DNA of 57,433 nt, the filler included, from Basidiobolus meristosporus CBS 931.73 (lineage: Eukaryota; Fungi; Basidiobolomycota), in the NCBI GenBank assembly GCA_002104905.1. It is 3 parts of 3 records of this genome, joined end to end, with 100 filler letters (N's around TTAATTAATTAA, not from the genome) between each part and the next. Parts side by side here need not be neighbours in the genome. Positions count along the whole stretch, not along the records: positions 20,207 to 39,136 come from MCFE01001044.1; 2 more parts are not named here. One strand, written 5' to 3'. Positions 25,801 to 38,383 of the stretch are shown one piece after another; within the stretch, counting starts at the first letter, position 1; every line of letters begins with the position of its first letter. Both the position numbers and the translations under genes were made by a program. A model generated the notes under the pieces. It saw only the letters and a program-made list of their open reading frames with translations, searched no databases and was not told where the DNA came from.

Positions 25801-28800
25801 TCTAAATATCGGCACCGGCCGGTGCCATATAAAGTACATGGCAAATAGCAAGCTAGAGGATCCAATTGCTCTGACACTTGAATCAGCTACATCCCATACT
25901 GAGAGATTGCAACCGATGGTATTCAGGTCGATTTGACAAAGTATTCACGAATTCTTTGGAATAGCACAAATAGCGAAGGTTACCCAGAGTTTCAAATACC
26001 TGCAGAGGGCCCCGAGCATTGCACAAAACCTTCTTGTGCCTATTCTGAAGAGTATCACATCGTTGCTTTTACGAAGTTCACATCGATGTGTGGATACTTC
26101 ATTTTCAGCCCAACAAATGCACAAGCAAGCCCCCCCACTCTGTTCCAAACACTCCAGATCACTCCCGGGTTCCCCCTCCCACTGCCCCTTTCAGCAATGA
26201 CATGGCCAAATCTCATCATGGGGCAATTGAGCAGGATTCCTGGGATAGTGCTGCAGAAATCTCATGTGAAAGCTGCAACCAGTGAAGACGCACCTTGCTC
26301 TGATGAGTAGGCCGAGTCATAAATGCTAATGATTATCCAGCATGGTAGCCAGTCCGCATCCACAATTTCCGTGCCGAATCGGGTGGTGTGATGTGGTAGA
26401 GCCAAGAACCAGGAGGATGCCGGTTCGGCCAGCCAGATTTCATCGTGCCATAATGCAAGTTAGCCGGCGGCATGGAATTTGGCCATGGTGGATTTCATGG
26501 GGATGGATGGCTAGACTAGGAATCTGGCCCAAGAGTTTCATCCATCTGACCAGGTGCTTGGCCACTCGACTGCCGGTCCATAACTCGATTCCGGTCGTCC
26601 AGGTGGGATGCGTGTAGTGGGTGTCGGCCTCCTACAAGGTCAGGGACATGCCAAGTCAGCGTAATAGCCAGGTGAGACATGTCAGTTGATTGCTAGGGGG
26701 CGGGCTCAAAGAATGGCAGTATTGGTCCACTCACAGCACAGTGATGCTATCCTCGTTGGTGTTGCTTGGTGGTTAGCCCCTGGCCCATGGATCTCGCATC
26801 TCGCAGGTAGCCCAGATTGACTACCTAACCGCCAGGGCAGAATTTGCATTCCGTATTAAAGAGCCTCCATATGTGCATGCATCGCATGCAGTTCTTTGGC
26901 ATCTTGGTACACTCAAGTTCTCCATTCAGACAGGCTAGCCTAACCCGAATCCTGTATCATCTCCCACGACGCTTTATTAAACAGTCCACTCGTACACAGT
27001 AGGATATAGCGGTAGGTACAAGAGGGGTGCATATGAGATGATACGACCAAGCGATACCACAAACTAGATTTACCGTCTTCACCATGAGGACTAGATTGCA
27101 TCGGAGCCAGAAGGTTCGATTACTCCATTGTGTGTGGTAACATCCCAGTTGATTAACGTGGAATATACGCCATACGGGTGGGAGTGGATGGATAGCCCCG
27201 GTCGGTCAGCCGACGCGGATGAAGATGAAATCAAATCCATACTAGAGAGATCTCAGAAGATTCTTGAAATCTTAGTGCGTTCCACGCCCTCATCCCCTGA
27301 CAACCCTCCCCCCAGATCCCAGATCCCATTCGTAGTTGGCGACGAGGTGACCAGCCGATGGGTTTCCTTTTTCGGTGGACCTTAGGGAAGTATCACTCTA
27401 CCTGATATGGAAGAAATCGATTCATCATAGCACTAAGCTTGATATGGAGTCCCGATTTGGCGCATCACCATCCCTGGTATGCAGCATATGCCGACTAAAA
27501 TTGAATTTTGCAGAGTTTTGGTCACGAATGAGATTACACAAACGAGCTTGCTGGGTTTCGGGAATCGCTTGAGGATTTGGAACGGGCTTAGCGAGGTTGA
27601 ACCTCAGCCATAGAGCTTATCTACGGTGTGCTAAACAGGTGGTTTCTGGAAATCGAAGTTGTCGGAGCCCCTTGCTTTCGCCAACCCCGGGAGTGGTAGG
27701 GCAGCACCAACCTGTCCTGAGAAGGTGCAGCCTCTGGTGATGCGATCGCTCGCAGAACAGAGCCTATTCATGACATGCATCTGATCTTCAACACCGATAA
27801 GCCTACCAATGGTCTTCTCTGACCGTTATGCTACAGCACAGATATCTCGTCCAATCATCGCAGAGGTCTATTCTGGCTCTAACCCATCTGTGCTACTTCT
27901 CCTGAACTTTTGCTGTTCACCAAGTCCATGAGACGCCCCCACGATTGCATGTCGGGCATGTTCCAGTGGCTTCCTATGGATCCGAAGCCTAGCTGTGCTG
28001 CGAAATCGCGGGTCGTACACTTGGTATCATTTCAGAATGGGAATCGTAAAACTGAATTTCATGAACTGTGTCATATAGATCTTGGAAATGCAGACCGATG
28101 CAGCACCAATGGCGATGCTATGTTGGAATCTAATATATGGGAGCCACTTCCAGCAAGTTGATTTGTGGCATCCTAAACGGGTTCTGATTGGCAGATGGCG
28201 CTTAAAAGAATATGAAGCAACACGAGTGCTGCTGCTGCTGCTGCACTGTCCCGGGCCACCTGCTGAGTTCCTTGGGTATTTCCTCCACCATATTCTGGGC
28301 ATATGGTTCCTCTGCCCCTGCCCCTATGGATCCTAATCGCCACACATGAGCCAGACGAGGTAGGTAGTTCAATTGATTTACGTGGAGGTGACCTACCGTT
28401 GGTGCGCGGAGGTGCCTATTAGGTTGATAGGCATGGGATGCATCAACATTCTCCAGGCGGAGGATCGCCGTGGGTGGTTGATAGAATGGAAGTGAGATCC
28501 ATCGCACTGGTTGCAGCAGAGGACTTTGAGGATGCCCTGGCAAGCGGAAAAATCCCGGGAACCTATGGCGCCATGTCGGAGTGGTGTGCGAGATGCAGTC
28601 AGCATTCATCTTATCCACGAAAGCACACCATCACTTCGGCAACTAGTGGTTACGTTACGGAGAAAGAGCCACCGTGCAGTAAACCCATTGGACATTGGCA
28701 CTAATGGATACCGCTGGTATTCTGTGCGCCCGTTTAGCAGATGGAAGCGAGGGTACTGGCGAGGCCCAGAGTCACCAATCTCCCAATAGCCCATAGTGCA

Positions 28801-31255
28801 CTAGGAATATGCCAATTAACATGCGCGAATATACCAAACGATATCATCGTGGTGCCACTGGACGCTGTGAGGAGCTCGTAGAGAAACATTGTGACTCTGA
28901 GGCAACGCCAAACACTTTAACATGATACTGACTTGCACATCCTGCCACAAGCATCGACGACGTGCCTGAAGTCAGAATGGACAGGGATCTCTAGACCTCT
29001 AATTATGCGTGTTTCAACACGGTGTCTTGTGCTTCAACTATGCGAGTGATTCAGCCATGTCAATCTAGTGATCCAATTTCCCAACTCAGCCGTTTGCTTG
29101 GTGAAGACTGAGATAGAGTTGCCAATGGGATTGGTTAGGCCGCTTCGCCAAGGTGTGGCAATCCAGTAATAAGATCAATCCCGAATCCCCTCCGATATCC
29201 TTAGAGCTCAAGGCAGCATTTTCCGATTGCTTCACTATGTGCTCAGCCAAGTCAGAGAAATCGGAATTTTGCAAGCGGGCGTATGGATCTCCCGTGGAGA
29301 CTGCCCAATATTTTCCGATTCCAGGAGCCATGATGTTGAGGGTGGTAGTGGCCTCGAAGCCCTTAGGCGCCAAGACAAAGTCGTCTCTGGACGACCCAAG
29401 AGAAAGCGGGTATTTTTTTGGAGAAAGCCATTGGCGCAACCACAGGAGCTGACAACCTGCATGTTTTCCAGGCGGAAAATCCAATCAGATCCACAGGAAG
29501 GGCAATTAAACTGGGAGGCTGAAACCGTTGTCCACCAACAAATTGGTGGGGCTAGCGAGGTGCGTACTGAGTTTCAAGAAGCCACCCTCGTATTGGATGG
29601 TTCGGGGGCCTTCTCAGTGGTGAAATGCTCGCTTTACCCAAATCCTGCTTGCTGTGATGTTACAAGTCTCTGGGGAGTGTTTTGAGGCATAAGAAAGTGT
29701 CACCGCACACTCTCTCATGCCATACATCACATCGCAAATCAGCATACAGCCTCCAGCGTGACTTCAATCACACGAATCCGTCCAATATCAAAATCAGACC
29801 ATCGGGCCAATGATCAGCTCATGCAGTCATTGGCTTGGGCCGAGCACAACCAACCACGGGCCAGACATCACCGATGTTTCTAACTATATTGAGATCCAGC
29901 GTTGTGCAGGACCTAACGAATGGAACTCCGGCAGGGCTGGCCATTAAACGAACAAGCGTCTTGTTGCAACTGCCATACATGCTAGGGACGGCTAGGCGAG
30001 TCCCTCTTATTCACGGTGTTTCGGATACATTGCTCCCAAAGTGCAAATATTCACCAATTGACTAACCGAGTAAATATTGCTGGGTAAATTAATGTGTTGA
30101 GCCTCAAATGGTATAGCGAAGTTTGTTGGCTGAAGCATGTAGAGCGTATGCCTCCAGCATTATTCCGGGTGTGCGCTTCCTCAGTAGGGGAGCATGGATG
30201 CCAGACAAGCCTGTAGACCGGCCACTGCTCAGCAAAGGCCCCAGAGATGGCCACAGCCCTGTTCTCAGCCGGTGTGTGGATCCGCTAGACAGCACTGGGA
30301 TAAGCCGCCATGTAGAAATGGTTCAAGTGCTGGCATACATCCAATACGAGAGTGTCATGCACCCAGAGCCCATAGTCCAGTGGATGCACTTCTTACAAAA
30401 TACCGTTTACCGTGGCCAGTGCCGGTGGCTCAAGAGCATCAACCCTGACAAGTGAGGAATGCCAGAATTAAATTAGCAGTATATTGAATTTTCAGTATGG
30501 CTTCTAAAATAAGCAGGCTCGGGAACGATGGCAAGTGAAACCCATCGGACGGTGAGTGTCACTCAAGTCGTTACTATAATTGGTGCCAGTTGGTAATTTC
30601 CCTGGGCTGAGTGGCATCAATGCAATCTCCACAGGGAGTTGTTATCAATCAATCCCAACCAGGGTGGTTGGGCTCCCAGTGCCCGGTAATTACCAGCGAG
30701 GGCAACCCACAATGGTGGTTGGCACAGGTGAACGTTACGCGCGCCGTTTTGAAGAAACGATGAGCTACTCAGATTCTCCAGGATTCTTCCGAGAATATGA
30801 ATCACGAATGCAAACACGTGTGCTGCCATGACCCAATGCTCATTTCCAAATCTATACTGCCTTAATGATGCTGGCTTACGATGATTTGGCCGTGTCGCTA
30901 TGCCTAGTTGGGGGCTCCTAGCTCATTCCACTCTGGAACCGATCGTTTCTAAAGCCACCGGGCGAATCACGCGAGAGAGGGTTCTTGCAACATAGGAAGA
31001 GGCGAAACAATCCGATTTAAAGAGATCTGCCAACGGCTGGACGCGCTCGAATTACACATATTGGCTGGTAAGCAGAGAGAATCGTTTGAAACTGTGCCAG
31101 CCTGAGATTTCGAAAGCGTGGCTCTCCTTTGCCATGTTGAGAGCCATGGTTACATCATCGCTTCCAATTTCCCATTGACCATGATGAACTCGACTGCAAT
31201 ATAAAAGGGTGTGGATGTGGTAGCCAGCTCAACATCTCAACTCAGAATATCAAAA

Positions 31256-32243
31256 ATGAGCCATCAAGCGGTTGACATCCCACCAAACGCGAACATCGAC
31301 ACTAACGGCCAGAACAATACGGTGAAGACAAACCATGGATCAGTAGTGGAGGTGGCTGATCCCCCACTGATTCAGCTCTCGGCGGTTCAAACTATGCTGA
31401 ACAGAGGGGCCATCGGTGCTTTTCGCTCGCATTTCAGAGAATATCTGGCTGAGTTCCTAGGAACCATGGTGTTTATTAGTTTTATCATAGGCGTGGTTCA
31501 TCAGGTAAAGATGGGGCTTGGTGGATACGCCGACACTGGAAACACCATAGTCTGGGGGGTTGGATTTGCCTTTATGATGGGCCTTTTCATGTCCGCGGGT
31601 ATCTCTGTAAGCCTCCGTTGTGCGATTCTCCCTGGCCTATCTCTGTACTAACTCTTCTACCAAACAGGGTGGTCACATTAACCCCGCGGTGACGCTGGCA
31701 ATGGCCGTTAACAGGGGGTTCCCTTGGCGAAAGGTCCCCGGTTATATGTTCTCACAGCTCCTTGGAGCCTTCTTTGCCGCAGTCTGGAACTACACGTTGT
31801 TCAAGGCGCAGATCGATGTCTATGACGGGGGCAATAGAAACCTCCAATCATGCGGTCTGTATGTTGCGTTCCTGCCCGATTATATGACCATTGGCAATGC
31901 CTGGGTAGCCGAATTCTTTGCCACTGCCTTCTTTGTGGGCGGGATCTTTGCCATCACCGACAAGTTAAATGCCGGTGCCATCTATTTCGCCCCGGTTGCC
32001 CTAGGCCTGATGATCACTGGCATCGGGTTCAGCTTTGGTTCGCTGTCAGGTTACTCGATGAACCCTGCTCGAGATGCTGGGCCACGTATATTCACTGCCA
32101 TGGCTGGCTGGCATTCCATCGGGTTCACCGGAACACAGCATTTTTTCTGGGTGGTATGGACTGCACCCTTTGTGGGGGCTGTTGTTGGCGGGTTTATTTA
32201 TGAATTCTTTGCTTGTACTACCCCCAAGAAATCATTCCATTAA
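31256..32243 (+). CDS. Aquaglyceroporin (MIP family), 2 exons (intron 31607-31667)
   Basis: REYLAEFLGT, SGGHINPAVT and GYSMNPARDAGPRIF (NPARD marks the glycerol-facilitator type); TATA-like ATATAAAA near 31199. Confidence 0.95.
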
Positions 32244-33248
32244 TACTTTGGAAAATCCCTCCGAATGTGTGAATAATAGGAAATGCTTTATGGATTTCGT
32301 TGCTACATTTGTTCTCGTCTCTCGTCCCCTTCATAATAAATATATGCTATTGCCCTTGTAACCTTGCACCCAAAAGAGTTGGCTTGGCAGCGCACTCGGG
32401 CGACCTTACGCCGGGCCGTTTTGGTGATTCCCTAAGGATTGGACGTTGAGATCCACGGCCCAATATCCATGATTCCATATCCACTATCTATTACCCAATA
32501 TCTAGCACCCAGAATTCAAATCCCAAAATTGGCCAGTGTATGGCGTATGGCCAATTCATGCAGGATCACATCAACCCGCGCTCCCAAGAGAAATCTTATT
32601 TGACAACTACACCAAGTTCCACTGATAGTGATCCATCTTGGCCGCATGAATCCTGGCCTCCGAACGCGTACTCCGGATCCAATAATGAGTAAATAGCGAT
32701 TGTCCAACCGACGCAATTAATCGAATCGCTCAGTCTCAAGGCTAGGGTCACAATACACCAGATCTGGTGTGGAGGAGGTGCAGGCCTCTTGGTTGGGCCA
32801 CAGCGGAGCTCTCTGCCGAGCATGAAGGGCACTCTGCACGTGATCTGATCTGACACATCACCTAAGGGAGTCTGGCTGCTATGGACGGTGGGCAGAGTTT
32901 CCCAACCCGGATGAGGGCCAGCCAGATTGAGCCTCGAGAGACGATTCCACCGCTCACTCACCGATTCGATATACGACTTTGGGGGGACTAACAAGTAACT
33001 GGGACGCTGCCAACCGATAGACGAGACCTCAAACATATATATATTAGATTCTGTTACAGATACATGCTGGGTTGCTGATGCGCTTTTTATACACTGTCCT
33101 AAGTGAGGAGTCGAGCTTCCATCAAAACCCCTCGATTCACCTATTTTACATGGAATGTCTAATGTGAGAAATGGCTGAAAATCTGTAGAGACTTTCGCTA
33201 AACCCAATGCATCTTGACCATATGTGGGAATCAAGCCCCGCTGGCAAT

Positions 33249-35142
33249 TCACGGCTTGAATTCTTTCATCTTCTGAAGTTTCTGATCAATCTCCTCGCAA
33301 GGCCACTCGAACTCGAATGGCTCTGATGACAATGCCGCCTTCTTCTTCATCTCCTGGCACAGATCATGCAGCTCCATCACCAACTGATCTAAATACGCCA
33401 CTGAAACCCCGTCATCTGCGGATAACGCCTCAAGGGAATCCGGGGTTAACGTCGGTAGGTTCATGTTGCTATGCTGGTCCGTATTCGGTGTTACGGAAAG
33501 CGCGTTGTACTGGTAGTTGATATTGCTTTGCTGCGCCATGGAAGGGTCCTCATTTGCTGTCGAGTGGGCGATCTGATCAACTAACGAATATATCCCATCG
33601 TTTGCCCCTGCCTCCACGGCATTTCGGAACTGCGCTACATTGAGTGTACTCGTATCGGATTTTCCCGCTATTTGAGGTTGTTCAGGAGGAACTAGATAGC
33701 CTTCTGGCACACCTTCGGTGGTATGAGCTGCTGAGCGAGTAGAGGGCCCTGGGGGAGGTCTATCGTTGGGCTGAATAGGATACACTGAGTCTCTAGAAGC
33801 CCGATACTCGGTGCTCTCAATTGCTTCCCGCTCTTCTCTAGCTTTGCTAGATTTATTCAAACAAGAAGTGAATGCTGCTCTGCCATTTGGCACACCATGG
33901 TGGTTGGTCTCTAAATTTGAACTTGATTTGGACCGGGCACGCTCGCACAGTCCGGGCTCGTTTGTTCGTGACGCTGCATATTCTATAGTACGGTGTGTGT
34001 GCTTAGTAGCTATAGATATGTCTTCTGTATATGACGAACTCTGGCATTTCCGTGGCAGAAGCGGCGGAGAATAGTGCTTATCTTGATTAATATTAATTCC
34101 CCGTCCGTGAGTGTTGAGGCTAGTAAATTCTTGTGGCGTAATTCGTAAACTGGGGGCTCTTCCGGCATGCGGATCTTTCAATTTCACACTGGTATTCTTA
34201 AGTGTATTCGATTGCTCTTGACCGGGCTGCTTTTTAGCAGAATGCACTTTTGGTATAGCGGATGGGCTGGTGACAAACGCTAGGTGACGAAACTCCTCCT
34301 TGGGAATTTGAGGGGCTGTGCTATGTACCGCAATAACTGTTGTGATGATTAAATTCAGCTACAAAAGATCTCATCCAATCCAATCTACAATACCTGGCCT
34401 GGGAGTCGGGTCCTGCACAGCAGTGGAGGGTTTATGTATCAAGGGCTTAATGTTGGTATAGCGCCAAGGGCCTTGCGTTTGAAAGGATGCCTGGAAGTCG
34501 GAAGAGTTGGGCTTGTCACCATCCACTGGAAAAGGTGCGCAGTTGGATGAGTTGTTCTCCGTACAAACATTTTTCAATGTAGCCTGCAATCTTTCGTTCT
34601 GAACCTGTAACTCTTGCGCCACCAGTTTCAAATGGTAGTTTTCTCGTTGCGTAGTATCTCGTATGTCTTCCAGCTCTTGAATTCGATCGTACAAGTGCTG
34701 CTGTTGCCTTATTTTGCGCTCACGAAAGAGTCGTTGAGCCTCACGATTCTGCATCTGCCTTTTCTACGGAATGGTAAACAGCTTAAATTTCAGCCAAAGT
34801 TATAGCAAAACCAGGGTTTTCAAACCGATATCGGCGCTGTAGCCACGGGCTTACGGCCTGGCTTTCTGGAGAGAAGTTCTAAAGTGTTGATATGGAGTTA
34901 GAAATAGCAAGTGAGTGTCAAGTAAATAGCAACAATACTGACCTGAAGATAATGGGGTCTCCTCCTCACTTCTGTCGCGCTTTCCTGGAAAGGGGGTAGT
35001 TAGTTTGTGAGGGGTCGGAGTTAGGTCAGCGAACAAAGCTACCAGAAATATTGGACAACGAAGAATTTGGAGAATACTGAGGTGAATCTGTGGGAGGCGA
35101 TGATTGTACATCGCTTGGATGCGCAGGCAAAGGACTCGACAT
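33249..35142 (-). CDS. Yap1/Pap1-like bZIP transcription factor, about 5 exons
   Basis: Manual splicing gives MSSPLPAHP...RKPGRKPVATAPIS|KRQMQNREAQRLFRERK (AP-1-type basic region), a leucine zipper, and a C-terminal LHDLCQEMKKKA resembling the Yap1 c-CRD/PAP1 domain. Confidence 0.8.
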
Positions 35143-36398
35143 TTTGTGAAGAACTACCGGAATAACTTAGGGAAATTCTGAGAGAAGATACAGCATTCAG
35201 TCAATCGCCAAAATGTGGATGCCAATTCCCACATCGTACACCCATAAATACACCGAAGTGGCTTCGATGTCTATGACCAAATCATCGTGTCACTCACCAG
35301 ATCCAATTTTGGCCCTGAATTCATTTCACAGAGAGTTTTCCATATAGCTGCATTATTTTATAAGTGACTGACGCTGCATCCAGTGTAGATTGCTGTCATC
35401 ATCAAGCTGAAAAATCCGGCCAAAGATGCCCAAATTGAGATTCCACACAGATCAAACTCTAACTTTCCATAATTGTCAGGTGGATTTAGCAGATAGTGGA
35501 TCTGAGACAGGCCCTTTATTAGTAGGACTCAGTGGCGACAGCCTGATCTAGTGCTCGATTATTGGCTGTTTGGTTGGTGATCGATATCGCGAGGATCTTT
35601 CGTTTGCATTCCTACATAATGTATCAGTGATTCTAGCCATATGTAGCCGAGAAGCGTGTGATCGACGTAATAGTTCTAAATGCCAGGGACTATCTACGCC
35701 GATTTCACGATCACCACCATTGCTAAACATAGATGAGAGCTTTGGATTCTCTGCACCTTCCACACAATTGAATGCCAGATTGATCTGAGTCGTTAATGTA
35801 CTAGCAATGCACAAATATAGGAGGGTTACGGAAGCCCCATATTGCGTAAAATATCCCTCACTACTGAGCATTGCAAGCGCACAGAATGCAGTAATGATTT
35901 GACTGCTGCCTCTAACAGATAGAAGGCCAACCGTCAATAGGGGAGTTCTCTATATCAGTTGAATAAAAAAGAATACTGTCTACGCCAATATCTTTACTAA
36001 TCTACAAGGAGAATTATGGGCTTAGGATCTATGCGGTTGCAGAGTTTGCAACTAGTAGCTATAATCCCAAGGTTTTCAGAGACAAAACATCTGAAACTAA
36101 GAAAAAAGTAATTGAATATTGCTATGACTGCTGAGCCCTGATGTGGCCTGCTTAGGGTGTAAGCATTGTTGCAATGGTTGGCAAAGGCTAGAAATACTTG
36201 GCAAATATAGCATTTTTCAGTGGGGTTCTACAGAAGCAGAATTGTCAGCTAGTGGGTTCAAGATGCAGTTCTGGTTCTTTTGAGGTGCAATTGTCAAGGG
36301 GGCAACAATCACTAACTGATAAATTTGTTTTTTCAACCACTCAAAATAAAGCAGCCTAGTACTACGCAGGTAGCTTTTCTATAAGTGAATAAATAGAA

Positions 36399-36921
36399 GG
36401 GGGAGGAAAGTCACCAAGTGGTGAAATCTTTATTTACTTATAACAAGTATTTACAGAAGCCATGTTTATCTGAAGTAATTCCTAGAAAGCTAGGTCTGAA
36501 AGATATCTTCCTGGTAAGCCAGGTCTAAGAGTCGAGAAGCTGAGTGGTGCTGTATTTCCTAGTAAGCTAGGTCTGAGAGAGGTTTCCTGGAAAGCCAGGC
36601 CTGAGAATTGAGAATCTGAGTATATCTGAGGTGATTTGTACTGATTTGCGGTATCTGATTTATGGCCCAAATGGCCAGTAGACCAGGGGAACTGAGGGGA
36701 ATATCTGGGCAATCACTGGCCATATTTACTAGGTAAATCTGACCAATTAGCATTTCAAGAATTTCAGCCAATCAGAGCCTTTACTTTGCCCAATGGTTGA
36801 TCAAGCCATCTCCCAATGAGCACACATCAATTTATTGATCAAATTTGTTGGATCCAGGATTTGAACTCACAACCATGGGTATGGAAGGGTTAGGGATAAC
36901 CACAAGGCTAAGTGTTTTTGG
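36399..36921 (-). mobile_element. Telomere-associated tRNA-derived SINE, copy 1 (full length, most diverged)
   Basis: A box 36900-36910, B box 36857-36867 (one mismatch), four internal hairpins, and a 3' tail shared with the RT element; colinear with copies 2 and 3. Confidence 0.85.
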
Positions 36922-36932
36922 TTGGGTTAGGG
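36922..36932 (+). repeat. Telomeric remnant TTGGGTTAGGG between SINE1 and RT copy 1
   Basis: Read directly from the sequence. Confidence 0.8.
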
Positions 36933-38364
36933 GGGGAGACAGTCACCAACAGGTGAAATCTTTATTTCAGTTGAAACAAAGAAGCCAGCACTACTGTTGT
37001 AGCTTTGATACAAGAGTGTGTAGCTGAGGGGAATTTGTAGGTAAGTTAATAAGAAGTGATGATAGTTCTTCAGTGCTCAAGACACTGTTCAGTGGGAAGG
37101 GGGGTAGCAAGAGAGGTAAGAATGACTTGTGAACAACATTAATGAGGGGAATGTGATAAGGATTGATGTTCATCATAAAGGGAGTGTGCTGCTGCAGATA
37201 TTGCTGCCAAAGGTCTGTCAAGTACTTCAGGTAGGCCAGCTTGGGTTTTTCTGACTGCAGAATAAATTCAGCAAACTTCTTGACTTCAGGATCTCCAAGT
37301 ATAGTTCTCCAGCAGGAGCCAGGTGTTGTGTGGTGTGTTCTCTTCCAGGCCTTAATCAGTGGGTTGCTGCAGTTGTGAAGTCTGAGGTATAATCTGGTTC
37401 TAAGGTAGAGAAGTCTGATCTTATAGGGCATAAACCCAAAAGCACCAAGAATAGCATGTCTGTAGGGGCATTCAGGCAAATGTGGCACCAAGGAGGTAAT
37501 GCACCATACTGCAAACTTGTCAAGCTTAGTGCAGTCTCTAGAAGTAAGAGAGAGAAGTGGTAAGCCAAATTCCAGGACAGGGAAGACAAACTGCTTGAGT
37601 AGAAGGAGGCAGCTGGGAGCTGAAGTTGTAGGAGGAGTAACAGCCAGTAGCTTGTGGAGTGCCTGTCTTGCCAGGATAATTCTCTTCTTCAGGTGTGCTC
37701 CAGAGTCTAGTCCAGTAGGAAGGAAAGGAAAGCCAAGATATATAGCAGAAACCTGAGCAGGTAGAGTGGAGTTCTCCAAGCTGATGGGAGAGCCCAAAGG
37801 TACTGTCTTTGCAATGGAAAGCTGGAGATTATTCTTCTGCAGATACTGGTGGATGGTCTGGGAGTCTTGTTGCACATTGGAGGAGGATATTCTGATGTCA
37901 TCAGCAAAGAGAGTAACCAGGCAGTCAGCTGAGAGTCTTGGGAAATCATTCAGGAAGATGGCAAACAGTATAGGACCAAGCACAGAGCCTTGAACCACTC
38001 CATTAGGAACTGAGAACACAGCTGATTGCTCACTTGGGTGCAGAATTCTTGCTTGTGGATCCAGAAACAGAGACCTGACAAGGAGGGTGAGAGAGGTACT
38101 GGAGAAGCATTGCAACTTGGACCAAAGCAGATTTCTGTCAACTGAATCAAAGGCCTTAGTAATATCAAACAGAACAGAGGGATACTTGCACTGGAGAGAG
38201 TGATCTTGGCTAAGTATGACTGCATATTCCAAGGAGAGGCCAGGAACAAAGCCAAACTGTGCAGGATGAAACTTGAGTGAGTCAGAGTAGAGCTCCTGAG
38301 CAAGCAGAAGCTCAAACACCTTTCTGCAGGTGGGCAACAGAGATATTGGCCTGTAGGAGCTAGG
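36930..38364 (-). mobile_element. Telomere-associated non-LTR retroelement, copy 1 (5'-truncated; RT/C-terminal frame 36991-38364 open)
   Basis: YRPISLL, QFGF, DITKAFDSV, GVVQGSVLGPILF, FADD and YLG are LINE-class RT motifs; ~60-nt 3' UTR with AATAAA, a hairpin and a C-run. Confidence 0.95.
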
Positions 38365-38383
38365 GTTAGGGTTAGGGTTAGGG
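38361..38383 (+). repeat. Short interstitial telomeric tract, TAGGG(TTAGGG)3
   Basis: Read directly; it produces the PNPNPNP in the ORF track. Confidence 0.95.

Noticed and set aside
28040-28090. HELCH metalloprotease-like motif
   Set aside because: No surrounding homology; the frame is short and interrupted.
32516-33252. 218-aa ORF abutting the bZIP stop, and a nearby IIGSG...GARVDVI Rossmann-like fragment
   Set aside because: GTG start, no recognisable domain, and the fragment is too short to call.
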